64,000 bases of DNA. Origin: Hydrurus foetidus (lineage: Eukaryota). Numbering within the stretch: position 1 is the stretch's first letter; every line of letters starts with the position of its first letter. The notes under the pieces are model-generated. The model saw only the letters and a list, made by a program, of their open reading frames with translations. It made no database searches and was not told where the DNA came from. Below are positions 60,806-64,000 of the stretch, one piece after another. Both the position numbers and the translations under genes were made by a program. The stretch is from NCBI GenBank assembly GCA_900617105.1, contig UYFQ01000839.1, positions 62,001 through 126,000 of the forward strand. Direction: 5' to 3'.

Positions 60806-61175
60806 GAGCGCGGCTCCACGGCGCGGTCGATCACCTGCTCGAGGGCGGCGGCTTCTTCGGGGGTCAGCCGCTGGCCAAGGCCCAGCAGGGCGGTGGCGGC
60901 GCTGGCGGCCGAGCCGGCGAAGAAGGTGTCGATCATGCGCCGCAGGGCGCTGGCGGCGACGGCCTCGGTCTGCTGGACAGGGCTGAACACGAAGCCGCCG
61001 GGACCGCTGGACCGCTCGACCAGACCCTTGGCCTCCAGGCGCGAGAGCATGGTGCGGACGGCCGAGTCGCTCAGCGGGTCGGACAGCGCGCCGCGCACCC
61101 CGGCGGCCGTGCTGGCCTCCAGGCGGCAGAGGGTCTCGAAGACCTCACGTTCGCGGCGGGCAGGGATTCGATCAT
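60802..61175 (-). CDS. BlaI/MecI/CopY-family repressor, frameshifted
   Basis: LSDSAVRTMLSRLEAKGLV, ALRRMIDTFFAGS. Confidence 0.85.
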
Positions 61176-61200
61176 GGCGGCCTCCACGACAATGTCGTCG

Positions 61201-61226
61201 CTACATGTGTAGCGCTACACGTGTAG
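61201..61226. promoter_or_regulatory. Tandem BlaI-type operators
   Basis: CTACATGTGTAG and CTACACGTGTAG, both matching TACA-N2-TGTA, about 25-50 bp upstream of the blaI-like start. Confidence 0.8.
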
Positions 61227-61315
61227 AGAGGCCAGCCGTCGCGACGGCGATCCGGATGAAATCGCGGTAATCTGGGCCCGCCATCGGCCGCCGCCCCCGC
61301 GTCGTCCGGGACCAG

Positions 61316-61393
61316 AAAAAAGGCCCCGCCAGTATCGGCGGGGCCTCGAGTTCTTCAGGGGAGGAACGCCCCAAGAGGGGGGGCTGGGGCGCT
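61316..61393 (-). ncRNA. Candidate 3'-UTR sRNA with anti-SD motif, including an intrinsic terminator
   Basis: Hairpin with a C-rich loop, single-stranded UUCCUCCCC, then an AGGCCCCGCC/GGCGGGGCCU terminator and U-run. Confidence 0.5.
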
Positions 61394-61406
61394 TTACGCT
61401 ACGCTA

Positions 61407-63363
61407 CTAAAACTCTTCCCACTCCTCGGCGGCCGGCTTGGCCGAACCGGCGAAGGCGGCCAGCTTGGCCTGGGCGGCGCGGACCGGATTGGCGCCCGGG
61501 CGGCTGGCCGACGAGGCCGGCTGCAGGGTGGGACGTGGCCGGACGGCGGGCGGGGGCGCGCGCCGTCGAGGTGTTGGATCCGCTGACCTGGAAGCGCGAG
61601 ATCATCTGCATCAGGTTGCCGGCCTCGCCCTTCAGCGAGTGGCTGGCGGCGGTGGACTGCTCGACCATGGCCGCGTTCTGCTGGACAGTCTGGTCCATCT
61701 GGTTGACGGCGGCGTTGACCTCGTTGAGGCCCGTGGCCTGCTCGGCGCCGCCGGCGGCGATCTCGCTGACCAGGGCGTCGATTTCGCTGACCTTGGCGAC
61801 GATGGCCTGCAGGGCCTCGCCGGTCTGGCCCACCATCGACACGCCCTGACCCACTTGCTGGGTCGAGGTCGAGATCAGGGTCTTGATCTCCTTGGCGGCG
61901 TCGGCGGAGCGCTGGGCGAGAGCCCGCACTTCCTGGGCGACGACCGCGAAGCCGCGGCCGGCTTCACCGGCGCGAGCCGCTTCGACGCCGGCGTTCAGGG
62001 CCAGCAGGTTGGTCTGGAAGGCGATCTCGTCGATGACGCCGATGATCTGGCTGATCGACTGCGAGGACTTCTCGATCTGGCCCATGGCGTCGACGGCGCT
62101 GCGGACCACGACGCTGGAGCGTTCGGCGTCGGCGCGGGTCGAGCCGACAACCCGCGAGGCTTCGACGGCGCCGGCCGACGAGCGCTTCACCGTGGCGGTG
62201 ATTTCGTCCAGGGCGGCGGCGGTTTCTTCCAGGCTGGCGGCCTGCTGCTCGGTGCGACGCGACAGGTCGTCAGAGGCCGAGGCGATCTCGTCGGCGCCGG
62301 CGCCGATGCTGCTGGCGGCGTGCACGATGGTGCGCATCGCCTCTTCCATCTGCGAGATCGACTCGTTGAAGTCGGACTGCAGGCGCTTGTAGGCGTCCGG
62401 GAACTCCTGGTCGACGCGATAGGTCAGGTCGCCTTCGGCCAGCTTGTTGAGGCCCGTGGCGAGGTTTTCCATGACGAAGGCCTGCTCGCGGGCGGCCGCG
62501 TCGGCGGCTTCCTGGTTGCGGCGGCGTTCGGCGTCGGTCTCGGCCGACAGGCGCTGCTGGTTGGCTTCGGCGGTGCGCAGGGCCAGGGCGTTATCCTTGA
62601 ACACCTGGACCGAGCGGGCCATGGCGCCGACCTCGTCCTTGCGCTGGGCGCCGACCACGTCGACATCCACCGAACCCAGGGCCAGGGTTTCCATGGTCTT
62701 GGACAGGTTGTTCAGCGGGGCGGAGATCTTGGAGCGGCCGATCCAGATGGCGAACAGCATGGCGATACCGGCGCTGATCACGCCGAACAGAACGCTGACG
62801 AGAGTGCCCGTCTCAGCTGCCTTCTCGGCCTCGGCGACCATTACCTCGGTGGCGGCGGAATGGTCGTTCGTCCACTTGCTGACATCTTTGCCGAGGCTTG
62901 CAATATCGGGATCGATCACGGCCATGACCATGATCGCGGCTTCATCGGCGTCCATCATGGCCAGGTCGGCGCCCTGACGGGCGCTGGAATAGATCTTTTC
63001 CAGACGAAGGCCGAAATCGGCCAGGGTCTTGGCGGCGTCGGGATCGGCCTTCTTGGTGGCGGCCAGGCGTTCCTTGGCCTCCTTGTAGGCCACGTCCATC
63101 TCCGCGCTGGCGGCCTGGGCTTCCGCCGAGCTGCCGGTGTTGGACACGGTGCGATAGGCCGCATAGCCGATCGTCATGATTCGCCGGTTGAAGCGCGAGG
63201 CTTCCAGCTCCGCCGGCGCGCGCTGTTCCACCAGAATCTTGGTCGCGATCTGCGACTGCTTGGCCTGCCAGGCGCCCATGCCGACGATGGCCAGGGCCAC
63301 CACGGTCAGGATCACGGCCGGCAAGGCCACCTTGGTCGAAATCTTCAGATCATCGAATTTCAT
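61407..63363 (-). CDS. Methyl-accepting chemotaxis protein with C-terminal pentapeptide
   Basis: TM-HAMP-signalling domain [31 protein letters not shown]-terminus EEWEEF* recovered in a shifted frame. Confidence 0.92.
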
Positions 63364-63498
63364 CGCTAGCCCCATGTCCTCAACGCCCGCCAATCGAAAG
63401 AAGGCGTCGGTTCTTGGGACCAGAAGGCGCGCGGGCAGTAAAAACGCGGTTAATTCCCGGAATCTGCGGTGATCATCGCGACAAGATGCCCCAGATCG

Positions 63499-64000
63499 CT
63501 ACTCATAATGAGGATGGGCCTTGGCATAGGCGGCCATCAGGCCGGCGGCGTCGACCTGGGTATAGCGCTGGGTGGTCGACAGCGAGGCATGGCCCAGCAG
63601 TTCCTGGATCGAGCGCAGGTCTGCGCCGGCCCCCAGCAGGTGGGTCGCGAAGGCGTGGCGCAGGGCGTGTGGCGTCACCCGGTCAGACAGCCCCAGACGG
63701 CCGCGCAGGATCTGCACCGAAGCCTGGACATGGCGCGGCGACAGCGGGCCGCCACGCTTGGCGCGGAACAGCGGCTCGTCTGGCGACAGCACGAAGGGCA
63801 GGGCGGCGAGATAGAGGTTGATCGCCTCGCGCACGGCGTCCAGCACCGGCACGATCCGGGTCTTGCCGCCCTTGCCGGTGATGCGCAGGGTTTCGCTCAG
63901 GGGCGCGTCGCGACGCAGCAGGGACAGCCCCTCGGAGATGCGCAGGCCGCAGCCCCAGAGCAGGGTCAGCACCGCCTCGTCGCGGGCCACTTCCCAGTCG
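63499..64000 (-). CDS. xerC: Tyrosine recombinase XerC, 5' end beyond the window
   Basis: GLRISE, GKGGKTR, TPHALRHAFATHLL, QELLGHASLSTTQRY, HP. Confidence 0.88.
   Translation of the reverse strand, partial: DWEVARDEAVLTLLWGCGLRISEGLSLLRRDAPLSETLRITGKGGKTRIVPVLDAVREAINLYLAALPFVLSPDEPLFRAKRGGPLSPRHVQASVQILRGRLGLSDRVTPHALRHAFATHLLGAGADLRSIQELLGHASLSTTQRYTQVDAAGLMAAYAKAHPHYE

Noticed and set aside
63499..64000. Phage or island integrase
   Set aside because: Motifs and core-gene context fit housekeeping XerC; no att site or cargo seen

Overview
High-GC alphaproteobacterial chromosome segment, very probably Caulobacter (ccrM with a CtrA-type box and GANTC pair, smc-dsbA-dsbA-dciA-mutY-ccrM-rnhB, ispH-thrB-rnhA, split gcvPA/gcvPB, F0 atp operon, sucCDAB-lpdA, MCP-xerC). 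It is mostly core genome. Many essential genes carry single-base frameshifts that cluster in patches, which looks like an unpolished long-read assembly, so split ORFs are annotated as single genes and their coordinates are approximate. The strongest unexplained signal is a non-coding stretch of about 440 nt (about 4720-5160). It has its own promoter-like motif, many nested helices, a perfect 10-bp helix joining its ends and a crossing (pseudoknot) helix. It lacks RNase P and tmRNA signatures and is a candidate large structured ncRNA. Other notable items: a PhaR-box-preceded bdhA-patatin operon (candidate PHB mobilisation system), a catalytically dead resolvase-domain gene after rnhA, a 3'-UTR sRNA-like element after an MCP gene, a BlaI/M56 pair with tandem operators but no recognisable sensor domain, two VapBC modules with visible operators, a tandem glycine riboswitch and several palindromic intergenic repeats. 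No rRNA, tRNA, CRISPR array or intact mobile element was seen.
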